Source: a virus (taxonomy: Duplodnaviria > Caudoviricetes). From it: a stretch of 50,361 bases of DNA. The notes below the pieces were generated by a model. That model made no database searches and was not told the DNA's origin. It saw nothing but the letters and a program-made list of their open reading frames with translations. Shown here one piece after another: positions 1 to 8,088 of this stretch. The stretch is taken from IMG/VR virus record IMGVR_UViG_3300009506_000050, positions 1-50,361 of that record; one strand, 5' to 3'. How positions within the stretch are numbered: the first letter of the stretch is position 1; each line of letters opens with the position of its first letter. Made by a program: the position numbers and the translations under genes.

Positions 1-15
1 GTCGCGATTCACAAT
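1..15 (+). repeat. Terminal direct repeat GTCGCGATTCACAAT (other copy 50347-50361)
   Basis: Exact match of the first and last 15 nt; probably an assembly overlap of a circular contig. Confidence 0.9.
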
Positions 16-63
16 CCCAATGGATATGGGGCATATCTCACAGTACCTTTTTATATGCCTGAT

Positions 64-804
64 TTATTTGAATTTTTTAAGCTGATGATTTATGGAGTCA
101 GCCCATATTTGTAGAATATTTGTTTGTTTTACAAAGGCTTTCCTAGCCTCGGTTAGCCACCTAATGCGCTTGGGAGTGAGCCTATTATCGAAGGATTGAA
201 GTTTCTTTATAACCCCCTGTTTAAAGCGGTATAGACCACGCTTGAAGCGGCCTAAGGGGCGACGCAAAATAAATGTCTGGGCTGTCTTCTTCTCATGTAG
301 GATATGTAGAAATGCGACAATTCTTTTTGCACCACTGAGGCCTTGTAGGCTGAAGCTTCGGCCTTCCTTGGTCTTGAGGCCTTCCGTTTTATTGGGCCCT
401 GGATATTTTGCCTGAGGCTTGAGACGTGCCCATCCCTGTATAGGGGCTTGCATATCTCCGCCTCGAGCCGCTTTTGTAAAGACGCGATTTCGTTTCGCAG
501 GCTTCCCGAGTTCCTGTTCTGCCAGACCTGTATAACGCGGCCTTTCCACTGAGCCTGTTATGGAGATGATTTTATTTATATTGGGGACCGCTTTTGCTTT
601 AATGACTTTGAGGCTTCCATAAATGAAGCCAGGATTTCTGACAGTCATTTTTGAGCCTATGATTTTGATTGCCTCTTTGCGTGTCCCGAAGGCTAGAGCA
701 TTAAGAGTTGCTAATACAGCTTTGGCAAAGAGGTTGGGGGCCTTTTTATAGAACTTGATAAGCCGCTCAAGATCCTTGTCATCCATTTTAAAGATTTCGG
801 CCAT
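64..804 (-). CDS. Basic phage virion morphogenesis protein (gpZ-like/neck-type), upstream of terS across the circular junction
   Basis: 246-aa Lys/Arg-rich ORF with an N-terminal pattern (A..LN..AF..R) seen in such proteins; position beside the putative cos region. Confidence 0.5.
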   Translation of the reverse strand: MAEIFKMDDKDLERLIKFYKKAPNLFAKAVLATLNALAFGTRKEAIKIIGSKMTVRNPGFIYGSLKVIKAKAVPNINKIISITGSVERPRYTGLAEQELGKPAKRNRVFTKAARGGDMQAPIQGWARLKPQAKYPGPNKTEGLKTKEGRSFSLQGLSGAKRIVAFLHILHEKKTAQTFILRRPLGRFKRGLYRFKQGVIKKLQSFDNRLTPKRIRWLTEARKAFVKQTNILQIWADSINHQLKKFK

Positions 805-818
805 GATAAATCATAACA
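805..818 (-). promoter_or_regulatory. Extended -10 promoter TG-T-TATGAT, 5 nt before ATG (leaderless)
   Basis: TATGAT at 815-810, TTATC spacer, ATG at 804; no SD. Confidence 0.55.
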
Positions 819-829
819 TATCTGGAAAA

Positions 830-1150
830 TCATCATTTAAAAGGTTATAGAAATCAAGTATATAGAGAACATATAATTAAATAAATAAATAATAATTATA
901 ATGATTGTTGTTGTTGTTGTTGTTTTATATAGACTTTTTGGGCTTTAATTTTTTAACTGTTTTAATCGATAATTCTATCGCATCACGCGAGCGATAGCCT
1001 GTTTAATTATTGATTGCGTTATTCTTCCTATAAAGGCTTTGTTGAATCGGGTTAAAGCGGTTAAAAAGTTATTCACAGGATTTTCAATTAATTATCATTG
1101 GCTTAGCTTTAATTTTCGGCTAATTATTGTGGAAATAAAAAATTAATTGC
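830..1150. other. AT-rich intergenic region, candidate replication origin
   Basis: Largest non-coding AT-rich tract, between the divergent arms; DnaA-box match TTATTCACA 1069-1077; many TTAA-core repeats; (TTG)6 at 905-922. Confidence 0.45.
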
Positions 1151-1158
1151 GCAAAGGC

Positions 1159-1187
1159 TTGACATGATTAGCGCAATATGTTAGCAT
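1159..1187 (+). promoter_or_regulatory. Sigma70-type promoter TTGACA-17-TAGCAT with extended TG
   Basis: TTGACA 1159-1164, TAGCAT 1182-1187; SD AGGAG at 1211. Confidence 0.7.
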
Positions 1188-1220
1188 GTTTTGCATATCA
1201 AATAAATCTCAGGAGACAAT

Positions 1221-1433
1221 ATGCCGAAAATCAGCGTTCCAGTAAATGATACCAAAGAATATGAAGCCTTCAGGGAGCATGCGAAGGCCAGGGGCTTTGA
1301 TGGGAACTTGGCGGCCTATGTCCGCTGGCTGATTAGGGATGATATGCGTCAATTGGAACTCGAAAAAGCCAATGGATTTCATCTTACCAAAAGGCGTGGT
1401 GAATTTCCTGGAGGAATTATACCTTCAAAATAA
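1221..1433 (+). CDS. Small ribbon-helix-helix-like DNA-binding protein
   Basis: N-terminal strand KISVPV then helices with NLAAYVRWLIR, a CopG/Arc-like pattern; good SD. Confidence 0.55.
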   Translation: MPKISVPVNDTKEYEAFREHAKARGFDGNLAAYVRWLIRDDMRQLELEKANGFHLTKRRGEFPGGIIPSK

Positions 1434-2335
1434 TGGATAATATCATTCAAATCAATTGGCAACGGTGTCCGATGTATCTATCCATGAAAAACAAGGTTTT
1501 TGTCTCCATTGTTTTTACGTGGCATCTTCCTTTGATTCGTCAATTCGCCCTCAACACTCATAAGAAAGTTATTGTTGGTGGACCTGCCACACAAATCATG
1601 CCTGACTATTTTCATGATGTCCAAAATGTACATGTTGAAACCAAGTCACCCATAAATTTCCTTGAGGCACATAATCCCCTTGCTACTTTTACCACACGGG
1701 GCTGTCCGAATACATGCTCATATTGCGCAGTTCCAAAGTTAGAGAAGCATTTTATTGAGCTTGAGAATTATCCTGTCAAGCCAGTCATATGTGATAATAA
1801 TTTCCTTGCCGCCTCAAGCGGGCATATCGAAAGATTTGTGGAAAAGGCAAAGGATCTTCCCTTTGTTGATTTTAATCAGGGACTTGATGCCAGACTTTTT
1901 ACAGAAGAGCATGCAAAGCTATTTAAACGCTTTCATCTTCCAATTATCAGGTTTGCAATGGATACAAAAGATCGTGAACTTGATGTTTTTCGGGCTATTG
2001 ATGTTTGTAGAAAGTTCGGAATCAATAATATATCTGTTTACGTTCTCATTAATCATGATGAAACGCCTGATGAAGCATTATATAAACTTGAAAGTCTGAA
2101 AAATTATGGCATCCAGACATTCCCGATGCGATATCAACCATTATGGTCTTTAAAATACAATGAATATATCAGCGACAAATGGCTTTATGCTTTCGGAGAT
2201 GAAGCAAATAAATGGTTAAAGGAAATCTGCCGCTATTACTCAATGTATAAACGCCTCGGAATCAAATCATTCGATATATGGATGGATGCAAGGCTAAAAG
2301 AAAACTCTTCATGTCACCAAGGATGCTTTCTATGA
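1433..2335 (+). CDS. Phage radical SAM protein
   Basis: TRGCPNTCSYC (CxxxCxxC), DNNFLA, DFNQGLDARL, upstream VGGP; visibly AT-rich. Confidence 0.85.
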   Translation: MDNIIQINWQRCPMYLSMKNKVFVSIVFTWHLPLIRQFALNTHKKVIVGGPATQIMPDYFHDVQNVHVETKSPINFLEAHNPLATFTTRGCPNTCSYCAVPKLEKHFIELENYPVKPVICDNNFLAASSGHIERFVEKAKDLPFVDFNQGLDARLFTEEHAKLFKRFHLPIIRFAMDTKDRELDVFRAIDVCRKFGINNISVYVLINHDETPDEALYKLESLKNYGIQTFPMRYQPLWSLKYNEYISDKWLYAFGDEANKWLKEICRYYSMYKRLGIKSFDIWMDARLKENSSCHQGCFL

Positions 2336-3609
2336 GCCTTGAGCCCTACTATCAGGAAAAAGGTATCACCCTATATGAAGGGGATTGCCGCGAGGCGATG
2401 GCGGCCATGCCTCGGGAAAGCATTGATACGATAATTACAGACCCGCCATATGGGCTTGAATTCATGGGTAAGGCATGGGATAGGGCGGTCCCTGGTCCCG
2501 ACTTCTGGACTCCGGCTCTCGATGTCTGCAAGCCTGGCGCCATGCTGATGGCCTTCGGCGGGACTCGGCTATATCATCGGATGATATGCGCTATCGAAGA
2601 TTCTGGATGGGAAATCCGCGACTGCCTCATGTGGCTTTATGGTTCGGGTTTCCCTAAGTCTCATGATATAAGCAAGGCGATTGATAAGGCGGTAGGAGCG
2701 GAGCGGGAGAAAATACAGCCCGGCAATGCCCCCTCTTATCAGCGTTCAATTGGGAATACTCGCCCATGGATGGACGATCCAAATCATAAAATTGATTCCA
2801 ACATCCCCGCATCCCCCGAGGCCGAGCAGTGGAATGGCTGGGGCACTGCCCTCAAGCCCGCATGGGAGCCCATAGTGCTTGCCATGAAGTCCCTGGACGG
2901 TACCTTTGCCCAGAACGCCCTCAGGCATGGCGTGGCGGGCCTGAATATTGACGGGGGGCGGATAGGATTGACAGAAAAAGATGCCCAAGCGATGGAGAGA
3001 TGTAATACTCCAGGTTCTGACTGTTTTCATAAATCAGAAGGCACCTCATATGGAAGGCCAACCCCATCTAAACCCTTGGATGTTACTCAAGGCCGCTGGC
3101 CCGCGAATCTAATACTGGATGAAGATACCGCTTTAATGCTTGACTCTCAAACTGGCGAACTGACAAGTGGTGATGCGCCCCTTAAAAGAAACAGTGATGT
3201 TTTCAGGGATTGTTACGGAGAGTTCAAGGGGAATTCTGTATGCCCCCCTGGTCGCACTAGCAATTCCGGCGGGGCTTCCCGCTTTTTCTATATCGCAAAG
3301 CCTGATGCCAAGGATCGCGGACATCGCGAAAAGGTTGAAATGCCTCTTTTCGATACAGTGGATAAGGGCTTTCGCAATACACATCCGACTGTCAAGCCTA
3401 CACCTTTGATGCATAGGCTTTTGGCATTACAGGCCTACCTTGCACGTCTCACTTCAACCCCTAAGGGCGGTATTGTTCTTGATCCTTTTGGCGGATCAGG
3501 TACGACGGCGATAGCTTGTCGCATGGTGGGCCGGGAATGCATCTTGATTGAAAAAGACAGAGAAAATCTTGATCTGACAATAGAACGGTTGAAGTTGAAA
3601 GGGTTTTAA
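2332..3609 (+). CDS. DNA N6-adenine/N4-cytosine methyltransferase (beta class)
   Basis: TDPPY catalytic motif, HPTVKP, VLDPFGGSGTT SAM-binding motif; ATGA overlap start at 2332. Confidence 0.92.
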   Translation: MSLEPYYQEKGITLYEGDCREAMAAMPRESIDTIITDPPYGLEFMGKAWDRAVPGPDFWTPALDVCKPGAMLMAFGGTRLYHRMICAIEDSGWEIRDCLMWLYGSGFPKSHDISKAIDKAVGAEREKIQPGNAPSYQRSIGNTRPWMDDPNHKIDSNIPASPEAEQWNGWGTALKPAWEPIVLAMKSLDGTFAQNALRHGVAGLNIDGGRIGLTEKDAQAMERCNTPGSDCFHKSEGTSYGRPTPSKPLDVTQGRWPANLILDEDTALMLDSQTGELTSGDAPLKRNSDVFRDCYGEFKGNSVCPPGRTSNSGGASRFFYIAKPDAKDRGHREKVEMPLFDTVDKGFRNTHPTVKPTPLMHRLLALQAYLARLTSTPKGGIVLDPFGGSGTTAIACRMVGRECILIEKDRENLDLTIERLKLKGF

Positions 3610-3835
3610 ATGAGTAACCGTATTACATGCCGACGTGATTGTCCATATGCCGCCTGTATAGATATCTGCGAGGATTATGGTAAAAAAATTACCGAAGGGC
3701 CTTCGTGCCAGAAATCCTAAAGAATACTTTCGGCGATACAGACAGATGCATAAAGATCATCATCGGAAATATGCCCGTGACTGGTATCATCGCAATAAGG
3801 CTTTGAAGGGGGCTTAACATGAAAGAGCATGGAAA

Positions 3836-5137
3836 ATGAATTATGCCACTGTCTGCTCGGGCATCGGGGCCCCAGAGGTCGCATGGAAGGACTTGTGGGG
3901 GCGTCCTGAGTTCGTCTCGGAAATAGAGCCATTCCCCTCCGCGGTCCTCAAGCATCACTATCCGGATGTCCCCAATTATGGGGATATGACCAAATACGAG
4001 GAGTGGCCTGACCATGAACTTGAGCTTATTTGCGGGGGAACCCCCTGCCAGTCCTTCTCAGTCGCCGGACTCAGAAAGGGAATGGATGACCCGCGCGGCA
4101 ACCTTACCCTTGTCTATCTCGGCATCCTTGCCCGATATAATCCCCGCTGGTTCATTTGGGAGAACGTCCCCGGTGTCTTTAGCTCCCGAAGCAATGGAGG
4201 CTCTGACTTCGGACGGTTCCTGTCCGCCCTGGCAGAACTCGGGTATAGTTGCGCCTACCGGGTGCTTGACGCTCAATACTTCGGAGTGCCCCAGCGCCGT
4301 CGTCGAGTCTTCGTTGTCGGACATCTTGGAGCGGACTGGAGACCACCTTACGCGGTACTATTTGAGCCCGAAAGCCTGCGCGGGAATCCTCCGAAGAGCG
4401 GAAAAGCGGGGGAAGGAACTGCCCGAGTTTTTGAAATCAGCCCTGGAGGCGCGGGCGAATGCGAAGTAATACCCACGTTTGACAGCCGATGCAAGGACGG
4501 ACCTATAAGGAATCAGATAGGCGCACTTGTCATGGCCCACGGGCAGGGGAACGCGGAGATATGCAGGGACGGGTCCCCGTCCCTCACCTGTAACCATGAG
4601 GCACCGATAGCTTTCATGGCCGGCCAGGGGGCAAAGGCAGGGAGCATTGCGGCAAGCGATAAGATAAGCCCTACCATTCGCAGTTCTGAAAGCGGCACGA
4701 ACAGAACGCCATGTGTAGCAATCCAGGACGGCAGGGGCATGGAGAAGGGCCAGAACGGTATCGGCATAACCGAGGGAGGGCCTGCATATACCCTTGACCA
4801 GACAGGAGCGCAAGCGGTCGCCTTCCAGCCCAAAGCCTCAGTCAGCCAGAGCATGAACCCATCCGAAACATGCCCCACCATCGGGACAACCAAGGAGCCG
4901 GGCATTATCCATAACACCATCGTCCGCCGCCTCACCCCCATCGAGTGCGAGAGGCTCCAGGGCTTCCCGGACAACTACACCCGCATCCCGTGGAAAAACA
5001 AGCCAGCCGACCTCTGCCCCGACGGCCCCCGATACAAGGCCCTCGGCAACTCCATGGCCGTCCCCGTGCTCCGGTGGATTGGCCAGCGTATCCAGTTATG
5101 GGAAAGCCTTGTAAAATCAGGCAAAATAAAGGCTTGA
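3836..5137 (+). CDS. DNA cytosine-5 methyltransferase
   Basis: CSGIGA (I), GGTPCQSFS (IV), WENVPG (VI), QRRRRVF (VIII), RRLTPIECERLQGFPD (IX), YKALGNS (X). Confidence 0.95.
   Translation: MNYATVCSGIGAPEVAWKDLWGRPEFVSEIEPFPSAVLKHHYPDVPNYGDMTKYEEWPDHELELICGGTPCQSFSVAGLRKGMDDPRGNLTLVYLGILARYNPRWFIWENVPGVFSSRSNGGSDFGRFLSALAELGYSCAYRVLDAQYFGVPQRRRRVFVVGHLGADWRPPYAVLFEPESLRGNPPKSGKAGEGTARVFEISPGGAGECEVIPTFDSRCKDGPIRNQIGALVMAHGQGNAEICRDGSPSLTCNHEAPIAFMAGQGAKAGSIAASDKISPTIRSSESGTNRTPCVAIQDGRGMEKGQNGIGITEGGPAYTLDQTGAQAVAFQPKASVSQSMNPSETCPTIGTTKEPGIIHNTIVRRLTPIECERLQGFPDNYTRIPWKNKPADLCPDGPRYKALGNSMAVPVLRWIGQRIQLWESLVKSGKIKA
4014..4469 (+). CDS. Nested +1-frame ORF resembling the M.EcoHK31I beta polypeptide
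   Basis: GAGGAG at 3998-4003 before ATG; WQNSG...NTSECPS..ESSLSDILE...YYLSPKACAGILRRAEKRGKELPE; resemblance recalled from memory. Confidence 0.65.
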   Translation: MNLSLFAGEPPASPSQSPDSEREWMTRAATLPLSISASLPDIIPAGSFGRTSPVSLAPEAMEALTSDGSCPPWQNSGIVAPTGCLTLNTSECPSAVVESSLSDILERTGDHLTRYYLSPKACAGILRRAEKRGKELPEFLKSALEARANAK

Positions 5138-5163
5138 CAAGATATATATCTTTGTGTTATGAT
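5134..5163 (+). promoter_or_regulatory. Promoter TTGACA-18-TATGAT containing the 14-bp palindrome AAGATATATATCTT
   Basis: Palindrome 5139-5152 directly follows the -35 box; extended TG. Confidence 0.7.
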
Positions 5164-5190
5164 TGAATTAACAGCACAGGGAGGCGATCA

Positions 5191-5736
5191 ATGCTTAAAC
5201 CAATGTTAGTATCAGAGATTCCAGGCCATCGCGGGCGCATTCTCTCGCAGCCCTATGTTTTACTTCAGCCAAAGCTTGACGGCTGGTGCTGCATGGCCAA
5301 TACCCGCACACGCAAGATTTATACCCGCTCCGGCAATGAGATTACCACGCTGCCGCACATCAATGCTGCCCTTCCTAAAGGGGGTCCGGAATGGCTTCAT
5401 GGCGAACTATGGAAGCACGGGGCGACATGCGATACTGTCAGCGAGATGGTAAAAAATGGCGATCCAAGCCTTGAATTCCATGTTTTCGATTGCGTCAGCC
5501 AGGAACCCTATTCCGGGCGCTTGTACCGGATATCAAGCATACCGATGAATGAGACTATCAAAACAGTACCGACCTTTACCTCTGATAGCAACATAACACA
5601 GACCATCCGGGATGCCTATAATGCCTGCTTAGAGCGCGGTTACGAGGGCCTTATCATTCGCCTGGACGGTTACGGCTATGAGCATAAGCGAAGCATCAAT
5701 GTCTTCAAGATGAAGCCCGGCATCGAGGAGGTATAA
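5191..5736 (+). CDS. Minimal ATP-dependent ligase / nucleotidyltransferase (adenylation domain only)
   Basis: QPKLDG (motif I), YTRSG, LHGEL (III), FHVFD (IIIa), YEGLIIR (IV), FKMK (V), then stop. Confidence 0.8.
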   Translation: MLKPMLVSEIPGHRGRILSQPYVLLQPKLDGWCCMANTRTRKIYTRSGNEITTLPHINAALPKGGPEWLHGELWKHGATCDTVSEMVKNGDPSLEFHVFDCVSQEPYSGRLYRISSIPMNETIKTVPTFTSDSNITQTIRDAYNACLERGYEGLIIRLDGYGYEHKRSINVFKMKPGIEEV

Positions 5737-5737
5737 T

Positions 5738-5920
5738 ATGAGCGAGTCTGATAAATTTGTTGATGCTATGTTATTTTACGTCGCAGCATCACAAGGCATC
5801 CCCGTTAATATCCTCAAGGGCAGAATGATGATTGAGAATGAAAAGCGACACGGGTTTTATTTTATGCGCCGATATAATCAAGCCGGCCCGTGGGCCGACA
5901 TGCTAAAAGAGAGGATATAA
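5738..5920 (+). CDS. Hypothetical protein
   Basis: SD GGAGG; tightly packed with neighbours. Confidence 0.5.
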   Translation: MSESDKFVDAMLFYVAASQGIPVNILKGRMMIENEKRHGFYFMRRYNQAGPWADMLKERI

Positions 5921-6084
5921 TGACAGGATACATTTTTATAACAGTTGGAAAAGATCCATTTGGCTTTCCTTGCACTTTATTAAAAAAGCCAATGAAATAT
6001 AGCCTAGATAAGAAAATAATTATTGGATGCCGTTATTGTTTTGCAACGCATCTTAAACCTCCATGCTATTATGGTATGGAATAA
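5920..6084 (+). CDS. Small Cys-rich hypothetical protein
   Basis: TAATG coupling, SD GAGGA; GCRYC...PPC. Confidence 0.45.
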   Translation: MTGYIFITVGKDPFGFPCTLLKKPMKYSLDKKIIIGCRYCFATHLKPPCYYGME

Positions 6085-6088
6085 TCAC

Positions 6089-6117
6089 TTGACACATTAA
6101 TATAAATATGTTAAGGT
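6089..6117 (+). promoter_or_regulatory. Promoter TTGACA-17-TAAGGT with extended TG
   Basis: Consensus -35 box in an intergenic gap; SD GGAGG follows. Confidence 0.65.
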
Positions 6118-6144
6118 ACGCTTAACAAAAACTGGAGGTAATTC

Positions 6145-6366
6145 ATGTCAGGCAAGCGCAACAAGAAGCTCCGCAAGGAAATCAAGCGATTCAACAAAAA
6201 GGTTTTTTATGATTTCACGGTCGAGGTTTCGGCCATGCCATTCTGGTCCCGCCTGAAGTTCTGCATGCTCATGGCATTTTGCCGCCATGAGCTTCAGAAG
6301 AGCCTCATGGAAGAGATTAAGGCAAAGCGGGCCGAGAGAAAACAGCAGAAAAAGGGGAACGGCTAA
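6145..6366 (+). CDS. Basic hypothetical protein
   Basis: SD GGAGGT; first gene after the promoter. Confidence 0.6.
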   Translation: MSGKRNKKLRKEIKRFNKKVFYDFTVEVSAMPFWSRLKFCMLMAFCRHELQKSLMEEIKAKRAERKQQKKGNG

Positions 6367-6368
6367 TT

Positions 6369-6566
6369 ATGGGCCAGCTGCTTATCCCCGTAAAAGCGAT
6401 CATGCTTTCAGGCATGCATCATAATCTCTACATAGCGGAAAGACTCAAGGCCGCAGGTGCGCCCATTACTATCGAAAAGAACATTATCCACCGCACCGGG
6501 CCTATTACTCAGGAAGAAGATCCAAACAAAAAATGCCTGATTTTCCATTGGGAGGATAAACGCTAA
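6369..6566 (+). CDS. Hypothetical protein
   Basis: Operon packing. Confidence 0.5.
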   Translation: MGQLLIPVKAIMLSGMHHNLYIAERLKAAGAPITIEKNIIHRTGPITQEEDPNKKCLIFHWEDKR

Positions 6567-6715
6567 TGGGCAAGATTAAACCATGCTGTTTAAGATGGAT
6601 AGTGGCAAGATTTCATGGTTATAATTCTTCAGTCCAATTATCAATAGGGAATTATAAATACAATTTTAACAAGATTAAATTTTGCCCTGAATGTGGCAAA
6701 AAACTGGGGGTATAA
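6566..6715 (+). CDS. 49-aa Zn-ribbon-like protein (not in the ORF track)
   Basis: MGKIKPCC...IKFCPECGKKLGV; SD GGAGG; TAATG coupling at both ends. Confidence 0.6.
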   Translation: MGKIKPCCLRWIVARFHGYNSSVQLSIGNYKYNFNKIKFCPECGKKLGV

Positions 6716-7752
6716 TGGGCTCGATACCAGTCGGAATATCCGGTTCCAGGGCCGCGGCGGTCCTCGGCATGAATCCATGGCAGACGCCTTTTCAGGTCTG
6801 GCAGGATATCATGGAGCATCGCGAACCCGGCTTCAATGCGGCCAAGGGCTTCAAATATGAACCCTTCGAAGGCAACGCTTCGACGCGGTGGGGTCTGGCC
6901 TTTGAGGATTCCATTATCCGGATAGCCGAAGGGATTGCCGGCAGAAGCATTGTCAGCCGGGAACGCGAATTCAGCCATTCGGAATATCCTTTTATCACAT
7001 GCCACATCGATGGCGGCTATCAGGCAAGCCAGTCCCTCCATGAAGGCAAGACATCAAATGCCTTCGGCTTCCGGGACAAATGGGGAGAGCCGGGAACCGA
7101 CCTGATCCCGATTGAGTATCAGATACAGGTACAGCATCAGATGCTCTGCACCACGGCGGACGAATGTATTGTTTCCGTCCTTGTTTTCCCCAAGCGGCCC
7201 GACGAATGGGAAGAAGAGGGCTGGCGAGTTATCCCGCAAAATAATGGAAGCTATCTGCTAGGCCGCAAGATCGAAGAAGGCTCCTTAAAGGGTTGCGGGC
7301 ACGTAAACGATCCCAAGCAATGGGCGGTCATTCTCGCCCAGATGGGTTATTTCCATCAATATCCTGTCAAGGCAGACAAAGAGCTCCAGGCAAAACTGGT
7401 TGAAAAGTATGTTGCCTGGTGGGAAGCCCATGTCATAAAGCAGACTCCCCCGAAGCCCATTGTTTATGACGATATCCGTGCCATGATAACCGCGCCTTCG
7501 GGGACTATCATTGTTGATGATGATACAATGCGCTGGTTCAAGGAGTATAAAAATATCGGCTCGGAAATCAGCCAGACAGGGCGGCTTGCCAAGAGGCGCA
7601 ATCAGTTGAAAACCCTCATTCTCGACAAAGCCAGGGCCCTCGAGGCTACACTTGATGACGAAAGCACGGACAAATGGATATTCCGGGATAGCCAGGGCAA
7701 GAAGCTCGGCTCCTATGGCCGCGAGGCAAGCGGAAATATGGTTTTCAGATAA
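6715..7752 (+). CDS. YqaJ/lambda-exonuclease family recombination nuclease
   Basis: GISGS.AAAVLG.NPWQTP, WG..FE, HIDG, EGKT, YQIQVQHQM. Confidence 0.9.
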   Translation: MGSIPVGISGSRAAAVLGMNPWQTPFQVWQDIMEHREPGFNAAKGFKYEPFEGNASTRWGLAFEDSIIRIAEGIAGRSIVSREREFSHSEYPFITCHIDGGYQASQSLHEGKTSNAFGFRDKWGEPGTDLIPIEYQIQVQHQMLCTTADECIVSVLVFPKRPDEWEEEGWRVIPQNNGSYLLGRKIEEGSLKGCGHVNDPKQWAVILAQMGYFHQYPVKADKELQAKLVEKYVAWWEAHVIKQTPPKPIVYDDIRAMITAPSGTIIVDDDTMRWFKEYKNIGSEISQTGRLAKRRNQLKTLILDKARALEATLDDESTDKWIFRDSQGKKLGSYGREASGNMVFR

Positions 7753-7768
7753 TGGGGGGGAAAGTTCT

Positions 7769-7906
7769 ATGCCTCAGAAATCGGAATGCTGTCAGGCCCC
7801 GACTGTAAGGGATGATACGGGCGATATCATATGCGTCGCCTGCGGAATAATTCAGGAAAATACAGCCGCCCCGGGAGGTGATGATGCTGATAAAGGCGAA
7901 GGTTAG
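7769..7906 (+). CDS. Small Zn-ribbon protein
   Basis: SECCQAP...ICVACG. Confidence 0.4.
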   Translation: MPQKSECCQAPTVRDDTGDIICVACGIIQENTAAPGGDDADKGEG

Positions 7907-8084
7907 AGGATCGGAAAACAAATGGCATGCCTTGATTTTCATATCCGGCATGTGGAGGGTTTTCTGTACTCCCTTTGCCATCGCAAAGGAAGTGCTGAAG
8001 CCGCATAGTTCCGCAAGAAGAGCCAGGGCCGCCGCAAACGACCTGGCGGCAAAGCTTAACATTAATCTTGAATGGGAGGACTAA
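7878..8084 (+). CDS. Hypothetical protein
   Basis: SD GGAGGTG. Confidence 0.5.
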   Translation: MMMLIKAKVRGSENKWHALIFISGMWRVFCTPFAIAKEVLKPHSSARRARAAANDLAAKLNINLEWED

Positions 8085-8088
8085 CAGG

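Noticed and set aside
1-15. Biological terminal repeat
   Set aside because: Cannot be distinguished from an assembler overlap without reads; GpA-type terminases normally make cohesive ends
905-922. (TTG)6 microsatellite as a phase-variation switch
   Set aside because: Non-coding and not between promoter boxes; treated as part of the origin-like tract
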